Of a stretch of DNA of 64,000 nucleotides, positions 1 to 9,927 are shown piece by piece. The notes under the pieces are model-generated. The model ran no database searches and had not been told where the DNA came from. It saw only the letters and a program-made list of their open reading frames with translations. Numbering within the stretch: the stretch's first letter is position 1; the number at the start of each line of letters is the position of its first letter. This stretch comes from an uncultured delta proteobacterium (lineage in GTDB: Bacteria; Desulfobacterota; Binatia; Binatales; Binataceae), in assembly GCA_963794325.1 (NCBI GenBank), contig CAWCDG010000002.1:1-64000 (forward strand). Reading direction: 5' to 3'. A program made the position numbers and the translations under genes.

Positions 1-79
1 CATAAAAAACGGATTCGGCTTCAGGACTTTTCGTTTCGTTGATTCTTACGATCACAGGAAGAAGGCAGAGCTGACCTAT

Positions 80-550
80 ATGGCGGTGCGCAAAATCGAG
101 CGTGGCCACTACTTCGAGGATTTCGAGGTCGGCCATCTTTTCAAGCATCATTGGGGCCGCACGATCACCGAGGGCGACAACAGTTTCTTTTCCAGCGTCA
201 CGATGAATTTCAACCCGATCTACTTCAATCGCGAGTATGCGCAAAGCCTCGGCTACAAAAACGTCGTGGTCAATCACATGCTGGTGATGAACGTGGTGTT
301 CGGGCTTTCGGTCGAGGATTTGAGCGAACGCGCAATCGCGCATCTCGGCTATGAGAAAATGAAATGGCACGAGACGGTCTATCCCGGCGATACGATTACC
401 TCGGAGTCGCTGGTGCTCTCGAAGCGCGATACCTCGCGGCCCGATCGCGGGGTCGTCAAATTTCGCACCACCGGCTACAACCAACGCGGCGAAAAGGTGC
501 TCGAGTACGAGCGTCCGGTTCTGATTCGCAAGCGCAATCCGCCCGCGTAG
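80..550 (+). CDS. MaoC-like (hot-dog fold) enoyl-CoA hydratase/dehydratase
   Basis: GHYFEDFEVG..HHWGRTITEGDN..NPIY and VYPGDTI motifs typical of MaoC dehydratases. Confidence 0.9.
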   Translation: MAVRKIERGHYFEDFEVGHLFKHHWGRTITEGDNSFFSSVTMNFNPIYFNREYAQSLGYKNVVVNHMLVMNVVFGLSVEDLSERAIAHLGYEKMKWHETVYPGDTITSESLVLSKRDTSRPDRGVVKFRTTGYNQRGEKVLEYERPVLIRKRNPPA

Positions 551-559
551 GAGATCAAG

Positions 560-1726
560 ATGCCGCTAGTTACGCCTGAGCATGAATTTATCCGGCGATC
601 GGTCCGCGAGTTTGTCGAGGCCGAGGTCAAGCCGATCGCCAACGACCTCGATCGTCAGAACAAGGAAATTCCTGAAAAAATTCTCAAGCAGATGGCTGAG
701 CTCGGCTACTTTGGCGTGATCTTTCCGGCCGAAGAGGGCGGGATGGGGCTCGATTACATCTCGATGGCGATCGTTACCGAGGAGCTGTCGCGCGGATGGC
801 TGAGCGTCGGATCCGTGATGACCCGGAATATCATCACCGGCACGCTGATCAGCGCCAACGGCACGCCCGAGCAGAAAAAGAAATTCCTGCCGCCGATCGC
901 GCGCGGGGAAATTCTGACCGCGGCCGCATTCACCGAACCCGATTCGGGCAGCGACACCGCGTCGTTCAAAACCCGCGCGGTCAAACAGGGCGACGGTTAT
1001 CTGATCAAGGGATCGAAGATGTGGTGCACGTTCGCCAATCGTGCGCACGTGCTCACGGTCATGACGCGCACCGACCCCGACATGTCGAAGAAGCACAAGG
1101 GCCTGTCGCTGATTCTGTACGAGAAGAAGCCGGGCGACGACTTTGTGCCGCCGCAATTGACCGGATCGCCGATTCCGACCATCGGCTACCACGGGATGCG
1201 CAGTTACGCGCTGCAGTTCGACGACGCATTTGCGCCGAAGGATAATCTTATTGGCGGCGTCGAAGGGCGCGGGTTCTATCAACTGATGGCCAGTTACGAG
1301 GCGGCGCGAATCCAGACGGCGGCGCGCGGCGTCGGCGTCGCGCAGGCGGCGTTCGAATGCGCGGTCAAGTACGCGAAGGATCGCAAGCAGTTCGGACAGC
1401 CGATCGGAGACTTCCAGGTGATCAGGCACAAGCTCGCGCACATGGCGGTCGAGATCGAAGCGGCGCGACAGCTTTGCTATTTCGCGGCCGCCGAAAAAGA
1501 CACCGGCAAGCGATGCGACTACGAGGCCGGCCTCGCCAAGGCGTTCGCCGCCGAGATGGCCGAGCGGGTCACGCGCGAGGCAATGCAGGTGCATGGCGGC
1601 TACGGCTACTCGATGGAGTTCGAGGCGCAGCGCTTCTGGCGCGACGCGCGCGTGCTGTCGATCTTCGAGGGCACCAGCGAGATTCAGTACGAGGTCATCG
1701 GCCGGCGGATCATGGAGCAGAACTGA
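560..1726 (+). CDS. Acyl-CoA dehydrogenase, methylsuccinyl-CoA dehydrogenase (Mcd)-like
   Basis: FTEPDSGSD, IGYHGM, GGVEGRGFYQLM..ARIQTAAR, QVHGGYGY, IFEGTSEI; GGAG RBS upstream. Confidence 0.85.
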   Translation: MPLVTPEHEFIRRSVREFVEAEVKPIANDLDRQNKEIPEKILKQMAELGYFGVIFPAEEGGMGLDYISMAIVTEELSRGWLSVGSVMTRNIITGTLISANGTPEQKKKFLPPIARGEILTAAAFTEPDSGSDTASFKTRAVKQGDGYLIKGSKMWCTFANRAHVLTVMTRTDPDMSKKHKGLSLILYEKKPGDDFVPPQLTGSPIPTIGYHGMRSYALQFDDAFAPKDNLIGGVEGRGFYQLMASYEAARIQTAARGVGVAQAAFECAVKYAKDRKQFGQPIGDFQVIRHKLAHMAVEIEAARQLCYFAAAEKDTGKRCDYEAGLAKAFAAEMAERVTREAMQVHGGYGYSMEFEAQRFWRDARVLSIFEGTSEIQYEVIGRRIMEQN

Positions 1727-1728
1727 AC

Positions 1729-2214
1729 GTGAGCATCACGAGCGACGGCAGCTACTTCGAGGATTTCACGGTCGGCGACACGCTGGTCCATCAGCGCGGC
1801 CGCACGATCACCGAGGCCGACAATCACAACTTCACTTCGCTGGTGATGAACACGGCGGAGCTGCACTTCAACCAGGATTTGATCGACAGGAATCCCGGCG
1901 CGTACGTCGGCGGCAAGTTGCTGGTGTACGGCGGCGTCGTGCTGGCGTTCACGGTCGGGCTCGCGTCGGAGGACACCAGCGAGAACGCGATCGCCGAGGT
2001 CGAGATGGACAACGGCAAGCATACCAATCCGGTCTTTCACGGCGACACGATTTACGCCGAGTCCACCGTGCTCGAGAAGCGCGACGCGAACCGGCCCGAC
2101 GCGGGGCTGGTGAAGTTCAAATTGATTGGCAAGAAGCCCGACGGTACTGTCGTGGTTGAAATCGAGCGCACCGTTCTGATCAAGCGCAAATCTCACTACA
2201 TGCGGCCGGCCTGA
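1729..2214 (+). CDS. Second MaoC-like dehydratase
   Basis: GTG at 1729, just after the ACAD stop and in the frame of ORF 1357..2214; GSYFEDFTVG, RGRTITEADN, PVFHGDTIYAES. Confidence 0.88.
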   Translation: MSITSDGSYFEDFTVGDTLVHQRGRTITEADNHNFTSLVMNTAELHFNQDLIDRNPGAYVGGKLLVYGGVVLAFTVGLASEDTSENAIAEVEMDNGKHTNPVFHGDTIYAESTVLEKRDANRPDAGLVKFKLIGKKPDGTVVVEIERTVLIKRKSHYMRPA

Positions 2215-2249
2215 CGCGAAGCGCCGCTCAAAAAACATCGGAGAGATCA

Positions 2250-3287
2250 ATGTACGTACTGGACAAGGGCACACGCTTCGTAATTCCACGCACCGAGATG
2301 ACCTATCCGGGGCACAACATGAAGCTCCATGTCACGGCGGCTGACGCGGTGAAGGCGCCGGTCGATCACGTGATGGCGGACTTCGAAGATGCGTGCCCCT
2401 ACGAGTTCAAGGGCGAGAAGAGCCGCAAGGTGATGGTCGAGGCGCTCAACACACTCGACTTCGGCAAGAAGGTCGTGACGGTGCGGCCCAACAATATCCA
2501 TTCGAAGTTCTTCAAGGGCGACATGGAGGCGATCGTGCTCGGCGCGCCGAATCGCTTCCACGGTATCATGCTGCCGAAGACGCGCGGGCCCGAGGAAATT
2601 CGCGAGGTGTCGAAGCTGCTCGACGATCTCGAAAAGCGCGGCGGTTGGAAGTACCGCATCCAGATCGAATCGCTGATCGAGACGCCGCATGCGCTGATCA
2701 AGGCGTACGAAATCGCGACCGCGTCGGACAGGATGTGCGGGCTGGTGTTCGGGATCGCCGACTATGCCGCGAATCTCGGCATCCGCGAGATCGTCGAGAA
2801 TCAGAACCAGAATTTTCACTACTCGAAGCAGGCAGTGGTCGTCGCAGCAAAGGCTGCGGGCCTCCACGCGATCGACAACGTATATCTGCGCCTGTGGCGC
2901 AACACCGATTCGCCCGAGCGCGTCAAGGAGCTGCAGGCGGGACTGCGCGAGAAGAACGTCGGCGCCGCGAACCTCGGGATGGACGGTACGTGGGTGATAC
3001 ATCCGCAGCAGGCGGAGATCGCGAACGCGTGCTACACGCCGAGCGTCGATCAGGTCGAGGAAGCGCGCCGAGTGATCAAGCTCTACCACGAGAAGGGCGG
3101 CGGCTCGATGGCTGATCCCAAATCCGGCGAGATGATCGATGAAGCAACGATCAAGATTGGATTGATGGATCTGGCAAAGGGCGCGCAGGCCGGGTTGGTG
3201 TCGGATGCGGAACTGCGCGATTGGTCGGCGAAGAGCAGGGAGATCACCGGCTACGACATCCTGGAGCTGATGCGCCGCGTTGGTTAG
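2250..3287 (+). CDS. CitE/malyl-CoA lyase family CoA-ester lyase
   Basis: DFEDAC, VRPN, IMLPK, LIETP, FGIADY, AIDNVY, WVIHPQQ motifs. Confidence 0.85.
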   Translation: MYVLDKGTRFVIPRTEMTYPGHNMKLHVTAADAVKAPVDHVMADFEDACPYEFKGEKSRKVMVEALNTLDFGKKVVTVRPNNIHSKFFKGDMEAIVLGAPNRFHGIMLPKTRGPEEIREVSKLLDDLEKRGGWKYRIQIESLIETPHALIKAYEIATASDRMCGLVFGIADYAANLGIREIVENQNQNFHYSKQAVVVAAKAAGLHAIDNVYLRLWRNTDSPERVKELQAGLREKNVGAANLGMDGTWVIHPQQAEIANACYTPSVDQVEEARRVIKLYHEKGGGSMADPKSGEMIDEATIKIGLMDLAKGAQAGLVSDAELRDWSAKSREITGYDILELMRRVG

Positions 3288-3296
3288 TTCATAAAA

Positions 3297-3528
3297 CCTC
3301 CCCTTGTCCGAGGGGAGGTCGGCGAAAGCCGCGCGGAGCGCGGTGTCGCCGGGAGAGGTGCAACGACGGACATAGCAGAGCGCTTATTCGTTCCTTCGCA
3401 ACTTGGTAAGAACCTCCTATTACAGGGTTCGGCCAAAAGATTTTTGAGTTCGTGGTGCGTCGGGCCTTGCACCTCTCCCGCCACGCGCTCCTTTGGCGCG
3501 CGTCGACCTCCCCTCGGACAAGGGGAGG
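3297..3528. repeat. Inverted pair of REP-like palindromic elements (REPIN/MITE-like)
   Basis: 3297-3363 and the reverse complement of 3467-3528 share an identical first 25 nt (CCTCCCCTTGTCCGAGGGGAGGTCG) and last 14 nt (CGGGAGAGGTGCAA). Confidence 0.85.
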
Positions 3529-3624
3529 ATAGGAAACGGCGCTTATTTCGCGCTGAAGCCGCGAACCTTCGCGGATGCGTTGTTGCTACGCACGCTCGAA
3601 AATGTAACAACAGATGGTTCGGGC

Positions 3625-3702
3625 GGGGTCGTAGTTCAGCCCGGTTAGAACGCCGGCCTGTCACGTCGGAAGTCGTGGGTTCAAATCCCATCGGCCCCGC
3701 CA
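3625..3702 (+). tRNA. tRNA-Asp (GTC)
   Basis: GGGGTCG/CGGCCCC acceptor stem, anticodon arm CCGGC-CTGTCAC-GTCGG, GGTTCAAATCC T-arm, encoded CCA. Confidence 0.97.
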
Positions 3703-3728
3703 AAATTTGATCTTTTAGAGGCACGAAC

Positions 3729-4175
3729 TTGAAGCTGACCGAACAAACCCGCAGCATCTCGCGAGAGAATGGACTGAGCGATCGTCAATGGGTCGTGATC
3801 GATGCGAGCGAGCGCGCGCTTGGACGAGTGGCGTCGCGCGCGGCGAGCCTGCTGACCGGCAAGACGCGTCCCGACTACACTCCCAACCAGGATATCGGCG
3901 ATTTCGTCGTAATCATCAACGCCGCCAAGGTTCGCCTGACCGGATCGAAGACGGTCGGCAAGGTGTATTATCGGCATACCACCTGGCCTGGTGGAATTCG
4001 CAAGACCTCGGCGGGCAAGATGCTCGAGGAGAAACCTGAGCGGATGCTCGAGATCGCGGTGAAGGGGATGCTGCCGAAGAATCGCCTCGGCCATCAGATT
4101 TTTAACAAGCTGAAAATTTATCGCGGCGCGGAGCATCCGCACGCAGCACAGAAGCCCAAGAGCGTCAGCGTATAA
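3729..4175 (+). CDS. rplM: 50S ribosomal protein L13
   Basis: WVVIDA, LGRVAS, GDFVVIINA, KGMLPKNRLG, HPHAAQKP; TTG start. Confidence 0.97.
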   Translation: MKLTEQTRSISRENGLSDRQWVVIDASERALGRVASRAASLLTGKTRPDYTPNQDIGDFVVIINAAKVRLTGSKTVGKVYYRHTTWPGGIRKTSAGKMLEEKPERMLEIAVKGMLPKNRLGHQIFNKLKIYRGAEHPHAAQKPKSVSV

Positions 4176-4212
4176 TCAGGACGGTCGCCGTCTAACAAGG
4201 TACGGATTTTCC

Positions 4213-4611
4213 ATGGCAGAAAAGAAAAACATCATCTGGACCACTGGACGCCGCAAGACCGCAGTCGCGCGCGTCAGAATGTTCGCCGGCACCGGCACGA
4301 TCACGATCAATCGGCGCACGATCGACGACTACTTTCCGCGGCCAACGTCGCGGATGCGGATCCTCGAGCCGTTCGAGGTGACCGAGACCGTCGGGCAATA
4401 CGATGTGCTCGCGAGCGTCGAGGGCGGCGGAATCGCCGCGCAGGCAGACGCGGTGCGCCTGGGAATTTCGCGCGCGCTGATCACCGCGACCGAGACGTTG
4501 CAGCCGACGCTGCGCAAGGGCGGGATGCTGACGCGCGATCCGCGCGAAGTCGAGCGCAAGAAGTATGGGCGGCACAAGGCGCGCAAGCGGCCGCAATACT
4601 CCAAGCGTTAA
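4213..4611 (+). CDS. rpsI: 30S ribosomal protein S9
   Basis: TGRRKTAVARV, LTRDPREVERKKYG..ARKRPQYSKR. Confidence 0.98.
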   Translation: MAEKKNIIWTTGRRKTAVARVRMFAGTGTITINRRTIDDYFPRPTSRMRILEPFEVTETVGQYDVLASVEGGGIAAQADAVRLGISRALITATETLQPTLRKGGMLTRDPREVERKKYGRHKARKRPQYSKR

Positions 4612-4663
4612 GGCGATCTAATCCGCGGTTACAGCGGTTAGAATTTTACAATTTGGGCAGGAC

Positions 4664-4696
4664 AGGGCGTGAGCGACGGCCACGCCCTTTTCTTTT
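4664..4696 (+). terminator. Rho-independent terminator after rpsI
   Basis: AGGGCGTG..CACGCCCT stem followed by TTTCTTTT. Confidence 0.8.
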
Positions 4697-4789
4697 GTCG
4701 TGTGATTACAGGTGCTTAGCGGAGGCATTTGACAAAACATAATGCCGACAAATACAAGAAAGGCGCTAGCGTTAAAGGAGTCCCATTAG

Positions 4790-5593
4790 ATGCGTCGAGA
4801 CCGAATACATTATAGCGCCGGAGTTGCTGCGGGGTTGTTGCTCATCAGCGCGCTGTTTGTTGTATCTCGAACGGCGATGGCCCAGACCGCTGCTGGAGCT
4901 TTCCAGTCGGTGAACGGACAGGTGCAGATTCAGCGCACCGGCGGCGCGACGATCGGCGCTGCGGCGGGTGTCGGCCTCAACGTCGGCGATCGAATCATCA
5001 CCGGTGCCAACGGTCACGCCGTCATCATGCTCAACGATCAGAGCCGGATCGAACTTGGACCCGCCAGCAGCATCACACTCGATCAGTTCACTGTCGGCGG
5101 CGGACCGACTCGCGTGAGCCTGTTCTCCGGCGTTATGCGGTCGCTGGTAAATGCCGCATCGGGCGGCGCGGGGGCAAACTACCAGGTGCATACTCCGAAC
5201 GCGGTGGCAGCAGTGCGAGGCACCAAGTTCGACACTGCATACAGCGAGAATGCAATCAGGCCCGGATACAAGGGCTGTGACAAATATACTGACGTCTCCG
5301 TATATCAAGGGACCGTCAATCTGGCTCAAGCCGCGACTCCCAACACCGGCCAGGATGTGCACGCGGGATACGAGGCGACCGTGCCGTGCGGCCAGCCTCC
5401 GACTGATTCCGGCCCGCTGTCGATGACCGGCGCAGTGTCGCTGGAAAGTGCGACCGCGGGTGGCGCGAGTTTCGCGGGCGCGGCGCCAGGCTCCAGCGCA
5501 GCGCCGGTGCCGGCATGCCCGGTATGCGTGGACGTGACGACGGTGACTGGTACCGGCGGCGGACGCCCGCCGTTCGTCGTTCCAGGACGTTAG
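4790..5593 (+). CDS. Exported FecR-domain protein
   Basis: Signal-peptide-like N-terminus; GDRIITG, VHTPNAVAAVRGTKF, VSVYQGTV FecR motifs. Confidence 0.85.
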   Translation: MRRDRIHYSAGVAAGLLLISALFVVSRTAMAQTAAGAFQSVNGQVQIQRTGGATIGAAAGVGLNVGDRIITGANGHAVIMLNDQSRIELGPASSITLDQFTVGGGPTRVSLFSGVMRSLVNAASGGAGANYQVHTPNAVAAVRGTKFDTAYSENAIRPGYKGCDKYTDVSVYQGTVNLAQAATPNTGQDVHAGYEATVPCGQPPTDSGPLSMTGAVSLESATAGGASFAGAAPGSSAAPVPACPVCVDVTTVTGTGGGRPPFVVPGR

Positions 5594-5608
5594 AGGAGGA
5601 GGTGAGAC

Positions 5609-6379
5609 GTGGCGAAGAATCGAATCTCCCGCATTAACCTGACGGTCGCTCTCGCTTTGGCGATCAGCGCGCTGGCGATTGCACCGCCGGCGCATGCGCA
5701 ATGGTTTGAAGACACTTATCCGGGATTTTTCTCGCTGCAGACGCCGGGACTTTTACAGGCGACGGCTTTCGGCGGCGGCTTCGTCAGCGACAAGTACGGC
5801 GTCCTGCAGGAGGGTGTGCAGGTCGAGCAAAGCGTCACGCCTTACATCGGGTTCTTCGGGCGCGCCACCGGCTACCAATTGTGGATTGGCAACGGTTTCG
5901 AGAGTCCGCTGGCGCCGGGCAGCGGGAGTTTTCCACGGCTGAACTTCGGGCGCTTTCAGGGCGGCGTCGATTTCTCACTTTGCCCGGGCACGCATCTCTA
6001 TGTGTCGGGCGGGCACGACGTGGCCGATAGCGACGCGTACGTCATCGAGGGCGATTTCTCGAGTTGGCTATGGCTGCACAGCAAGCATCCGATCAATGCG
6101 TCGTTCAGCTCGATCTACGATTGGCAGAACGGAGTCGAAAGCAGCGAAATCGATCTGCAGGCAATCCTGCTCTCGACTGAGAAGTTCATGGTCCTCGGCG
6201 GCATCGGCGGCGCGATGTATTTCGGCGGCTTCCTGAGCAATGCGCAAGGGCAGGGCGGCCCCGATCTCGGCTTCTACTACCGGCCATGGAAGCTCGGTGT
6301 GAGCGCGCAGGCCGGCTACGGCAACGCGCATCAGTATGGCCAGATCAGCATGTACAAGCAGCTGAGCTGGTTCGAGTAG
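5609..6379 (+). CDS. Exported, probable outer-membrane beta-barrel protein of unknown function
   Basis: Signal peptide (AHA|Q), Gly/aromatic-rich alternating strands, C-terminal ..QLSWFE; GGAGG RBS. Confidence 0.6.
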   Translation: MAKNRISRINLTVALALAISALAIAPPAHAQWFEDTYPGFFSLQTPGLLQATAFGGGFVSDKYGVLQEGVQVEQSVTPYIGFFGRATGYQLWIGNGFESPLAPGSGSFPRLNFGRFQGGVDFSLCPGTHLYVSGGHDVADSDAYVIEGDFSSWLWLHSKHPINASFSSIYDWQNGVESSEIDLQAILLSTEKFMVLGGIGGAMYFGGFLSNAQGQGGPDLGFYYRPWKLGVSAQAGYGNAHQYGQISMYKQLSWFE

Positions 6380-6486
6380 GGTTTTTTCCAAACGCTGGCG
6401 CAAACCTCGCGTCCGCGATGTTTCCGGACGACGACCGATGCGGTTAGCAGTGGACGCGCCGGCGAGCTAAGCTCGAACGGCTAACG

Positions 6487-8706
6487 ATGGCGTCCGCGAA
6501 ATCGTCACATATCAGATTCTCGTGGCGCACGTTCCTGTTCGGAATCGTGCTGTTGGGTTTGATGTTCGTCGCGCACGATCGGTTCCACGAAGCCTTCGAG
6601 CGGATGGATCTGATCGCTTACGACCTTCGAATCAACACTGTCAAACCGCGTCCGTCTTCGGGCCTGATTGCGATCGCCACTATCGACGACCGCAGTATCG
6701 CGCAGCTGGGGCAATGGCCATGGCCGCGGATCGTGCTGGGACGGCTGGTCGATGCGCTCCACGACTACAAGGTCAAGGTCATCGGCTTCGACGCCATTTT
6801 CAGCGAGGAAGACAAGAGCGACGTAGCGCGTGGCGATATAACCAGGAAGCTGGTCGCGTTGGGTCTTACCGAACAGTCGATTCGCGACGTGCTCGGGCCC
6901 AGCAACGACGAGGCGTTTGCCAAGGCGATGAAATCGCAAGGTCAGACGGTGCTTGGGTATGCGTTTCAGGCGCATCGTCTGAAGGAACATATCTGGGCCG
7001 GCAAAACCGCCGGGTACCTCGACAAGATTCGAGCGCCGGGGCCGCTGACCTACGGAATCATACGGCGGGCGGCCGGCAATCCGCACGATTTGATCGAGGC
7101 GCACGCGTACGAGCCGCCGACCGCACTGCTCAACGAATCAGCCGCAACCACCGGGTTTTTTGACGTTGACGCGGACGTCGACGGAGAAATCCGGAAAGAG
7201 ATGACCGTCATACATTTTGACGGACAATTCTGCGCGCCGCTGTTTATTGCGGTTACCGACGCGTACGCAGATCGGGCGGCGATGGTATTGGGACTCGATC
7301 AAGAGGGCGTGTCGGGCGTGTCGATTGCCGGCGTGCGGATACCGGTCGATGACGACGGCCGGATGCTGGTGAATTTCCGCCGTGGCGCCGATCCGTTCCC
7401 GTATTACTCTGTCTCGGACATTATCAATCACAAGATCGCGCCGGAAAAGCTCGCCGGCAAGATCGTTCTGGTCGGCGCGACCGCTCACGGACTTGGCGAT
7501 CGCGGCGTGACGCCGGTCAACCCTGACATGCCGCGCGTCGAGATCCACGCCAACGCGATCGACAACATGCTTCAGGGCGACTTCCTGCGCCAGCCGATCG
7601 AGGCCCAGGAAATAGCGCTCGCGGCCACTCTTCTTATCGGTATCGCGATGTCTCTGGGCGTAGCGTGGCTGTCGGCGCTGGCGTCGGCGGTATTGGGCTT
7701 CCTGCTGCTGGTCGGTTACTACGTGTACGCTCAGCATCGCCTGCTTAACGACGGTCTGGTAATCGGAATCGTTTTTCCGATGGTCGCCGCGATTCTCGTC
7801 TATATGTTCCTGGCCGGCTATCGGTACATCACGGAGGGCCGCGAAAAGCGCTACTTGCGCAACGTCTTCGAGCACTACATGGATCCCGACGTCATCAGCG
7901 CAGTGCTCGATTCGCCCGAGGGCCTCAAGCTCGGTGGCGAAAAGCGTCATCTTGCGATCCTGTTCGCCGACATCGTGAGCTTCACCAAGCGCGCCGAGAA
8001 GACCACGCCTGAGGATCTGCTCGCGCTGCTGAACACCTACATGACCTCGATGATCGACGTGATTCTCAAGACCGGCGGTGTGGTGGACAAGTTGATGGGC
8101 GACGGGATCATGGCGTTCTGGGGAGCACCCAACGATATTGAAAATCCGTCGCGCTCCGCGATCGATTGCGCGCTTAAGATGCTCGACAATCTGCATGAAT
8201 TGCAGAAGAACGATCCGCGGTTTGCGGACCTCGACATCGGCATCGGTATCGGAAGCGGCGACGTCGTGGTTGGCAATCTGGGCGGCGAAAAGCGCTTTGA
8301 TTATTCGGTAATTGGCGACACCGTAAATTTCTCATCGCGGCTGGAAGGCCTGACGCGCCACTTCAAGGTGCATCTGCTCGTCAGTCGCGAGACTTACACT
8401 GAAGCCGGCGGTGGCTACATCGGGCGCGAGCTCGGGCTGGTGAAGGTCAAAGGCAAACAGCTGTTCGTGCCGATCGTTCATGTCGCCGGACGCGAGAATG
8501 ACAGCGTCGATCCGTCCTTCTACAATCATTTCGCCAGCGCACTTTCGATGATTCGGTCTGGCAACGTATCGTCCGCTCGTCAGGAGCTCGAACATCTAAG
8601 CGAAACGCGTCCCGACGACACTCCGGTGCGCATTTACCTGGACAAACTCGCCGCCGACCCCGATCATCCCCCGACCGAGATGGTCTTTGAGTTCGAGACC
8701 AAGTAA
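6487..8706 (+). CDS. CHASE2-domain class III adenylate cyclase
   Basis: LGQWPWPR CHASE2 motif, TM block, LFADIVSFT, VDKLMGDGIM, FDYSVIGDTVNFSSRLE. Confidence 0.93.
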   Translation: MASAKSSHIRFSWRTFLFGIVLLGLMFVAHDRFHEAFERMDLIAYDLRINTVKPRPSSGLIAIATIDDRSIAQLGQWPWPRIVLGRLVDALHDYKVKVIGFDAIFSEEDKSDVARGDITRKLVALGLTEQSIRDVLGPSNDEAFAKAMKSQGQTVLGYAFQAHRLKEHIWAGKTAGYLDKIRAPGPLTYGIIRRAAGNPHDLIEAHAYEPPTALLNESAATTGFFDVDADVDGEIRKEMTVIHFDGQFCAPLFIAVTDAYADRAAMVLGLDQEGVSGVSIAGVRIPVDDDGRMLVNFRRGADPFPYYSVSDIINHKIAPEKLAGKIVLVGATAHGLGDRGVTPVNPDMPRVEIHANAIDNMLQGDFLRQPIEAQEIALAATLLIGIAMSLGVAWLSALASAVLGFLLLVGYYVYAQHRLLNDGLVIGIVFPMVAAILVYMFLAGYRYITEGREKRYLRNVFEHYMDPDVISAVLDSPEGLKLGGEKRHLAILFADIVSFTKRAEKTTPEDLLALLNTYMTSMIDVILKTGGVVDKLMGDGIMAFWGAPNDIENPSRSAIDCALKMLDNLHELQKNDPRFADLDIGIGIGSGDVVVGNLGGEKRFDYSVIGDTVNFSSRLEGLTRHFKVHLLVSRETYTEAGGGYIGRELGLVKVKGKQLFVPIVHVAGRENDSVDPSFYNHFASALSMIRSGNVSSARQELEHLSETRPDDTPVRIYLDKLAADPDHPPTEMVFEFETK

Positions 8707-8782
8707 CTGGCTCGGTATGCTCGATCGTGATAACTGAGTAGTTTCTACCACGACTCGCGAAAGGAGCATCGAGATTCCGCAA

Positions 8783-9838
8783 GTGGCAAAGAACGACAAG
8801 GTCAAGGTGGCGGTGGTTGGCGCTTCCGGGTACTCGGGTATCGAGGCGGTGCGCATCCTGTCCAGCCATCCCTTCGTCGAGCTGAGCGTACTCACGTCTG
8901 AGCACTACGCCGGGCGCGAGGTCGCCGATCTGTATCGTCACCTGGCCGGCATCGACCTCCCGCCGTTCGAGGAATTGCGGCCCGACCTGGTGCAGGGCCG
9001 TGCCGAAGTCGCCATCTCGTGCCTGCCTGAGACGGTCGGCACCGCGCACACCGCCGAACTGATCAAGGCGGGCGTCAAGGTGATCGATCTGTCGGCGGAT
9101 TATCGCTTCAAGGACGCCAGTCAGTTCCGCACGACGTACGGCATCGAGCATCCCGCGCCGCAACTCCTGAAGGAAGCGGTTTACGGCCTCAGCGAATTTC
9201 ATCGTCATGAACTTCGCGAGGCGCGCCTCGTCGCAACGCCCGGATGCTTCCCGACTGGTGCGTTGCTCGCGCTGCTGCCGCTCATCAGGCGCGACCTGAT
9301 CGAACCGTCGTCGATAATCATCGATGCGAAATCGGGCACGACCGGCGCGCGCCGGGCCGCGTCGATCGAGCAGCTGTTCGCGGAGGTCAACGAAAACTTC
9401 CGCGCCTACAAGGTCGGCAATCATCGCCACGTCCCCGAGATGGAACAGGAAATCTCCGCCGCGCTCGGCCGCGACATCGCATTGCTGTTCGTGCCGCATC
9501 TGCTGCCGATCACGCGCGGCCTGCTGAGCTCGATTTTCATGCGTCCGCGGGCCGGCACCACCGAGGCCGACGTTCACGCCGCCTTCGAGGCGAGCTTCGC
9601 GAAATCGCGCTTCGTGCGAATCCTGAAGCCGGGCGAGCTCCCCGAGCTGCGCAACGTGCGAGCGACGAACTACTGCGAATTGGCGTTCATCCTCGATCGC
9701 CGGAGCGAAACGCTGCTTGTGATCACCGCGATCGACAACCTCGGCAAAGGCGCGTCAGGCCAGGCAATCCAAAACATGAACCTGATGCTTGGCTACGACG
9801 AAGCCGCCGGCCTCCTGAACGCCGCCCCAGTACCCTAA
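8783..9838 (+). CDS. argC: N-acetyl-gamma-glutamyl-phosphate reductase
   Basis: GASGYSG, IDLSADYR, PGCFPT, HRHVPE, IDNLGKGASGQAIQNMN. Confidence 0.97.
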   Translation: MAKNDKVKVAVVGASGYSGIEAVRILSSHPFVELSVLTSEHYAGREVADLYRHLAGIDLPPFEELRPDLVQGRAEVAISCLPETVGTAHTAELIKAGVKVIDLSADYRFKDASQFRTTYGIEHPAPQLLKEAVYGLSEFHRHELREARLVATPGCFPTGALLALLPLIRRDLIEPSSIIIDAKSGTTGARRAASIEQLFAEVNENFRAYKVGNHRHVPEMEQEISAALGRDIALLFVPHLLPITRGLLSSIFMRPRAGTTEADVHAAFEASFAKSRFVRILKPGELPELRNVRATNYCELAFILDRRSETLLVITAIDNLGKGASGQAIQNMNLMLGYDEAAGLLNAAPVP

Positions 9839-9866
9839 AACTCACGATCCTTCCGCTTCCTTCCGG

Positions 9867-9927
9867 TACCTCGCCCGTTCCTTGACGGGAGAGGAGGCCG
9901 GCCGCAACGCGGCCGGTTGGTGAGGGT
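9867..9927 (+). repeat. REP-like palindromic element (family 2)
   Basis: TACCTCGCCCGTT..ACGGGAGAGG..GGTGAGGGT; close match to the reverse complement of 55039-55099. Confidence 0.8.

Noticed and set aside
1357-1728. N-terminal extension of ORF 1357..2214
   Set aside because: Overlaps the ACAD gene; MaoC similarity begins at GTG 1729.
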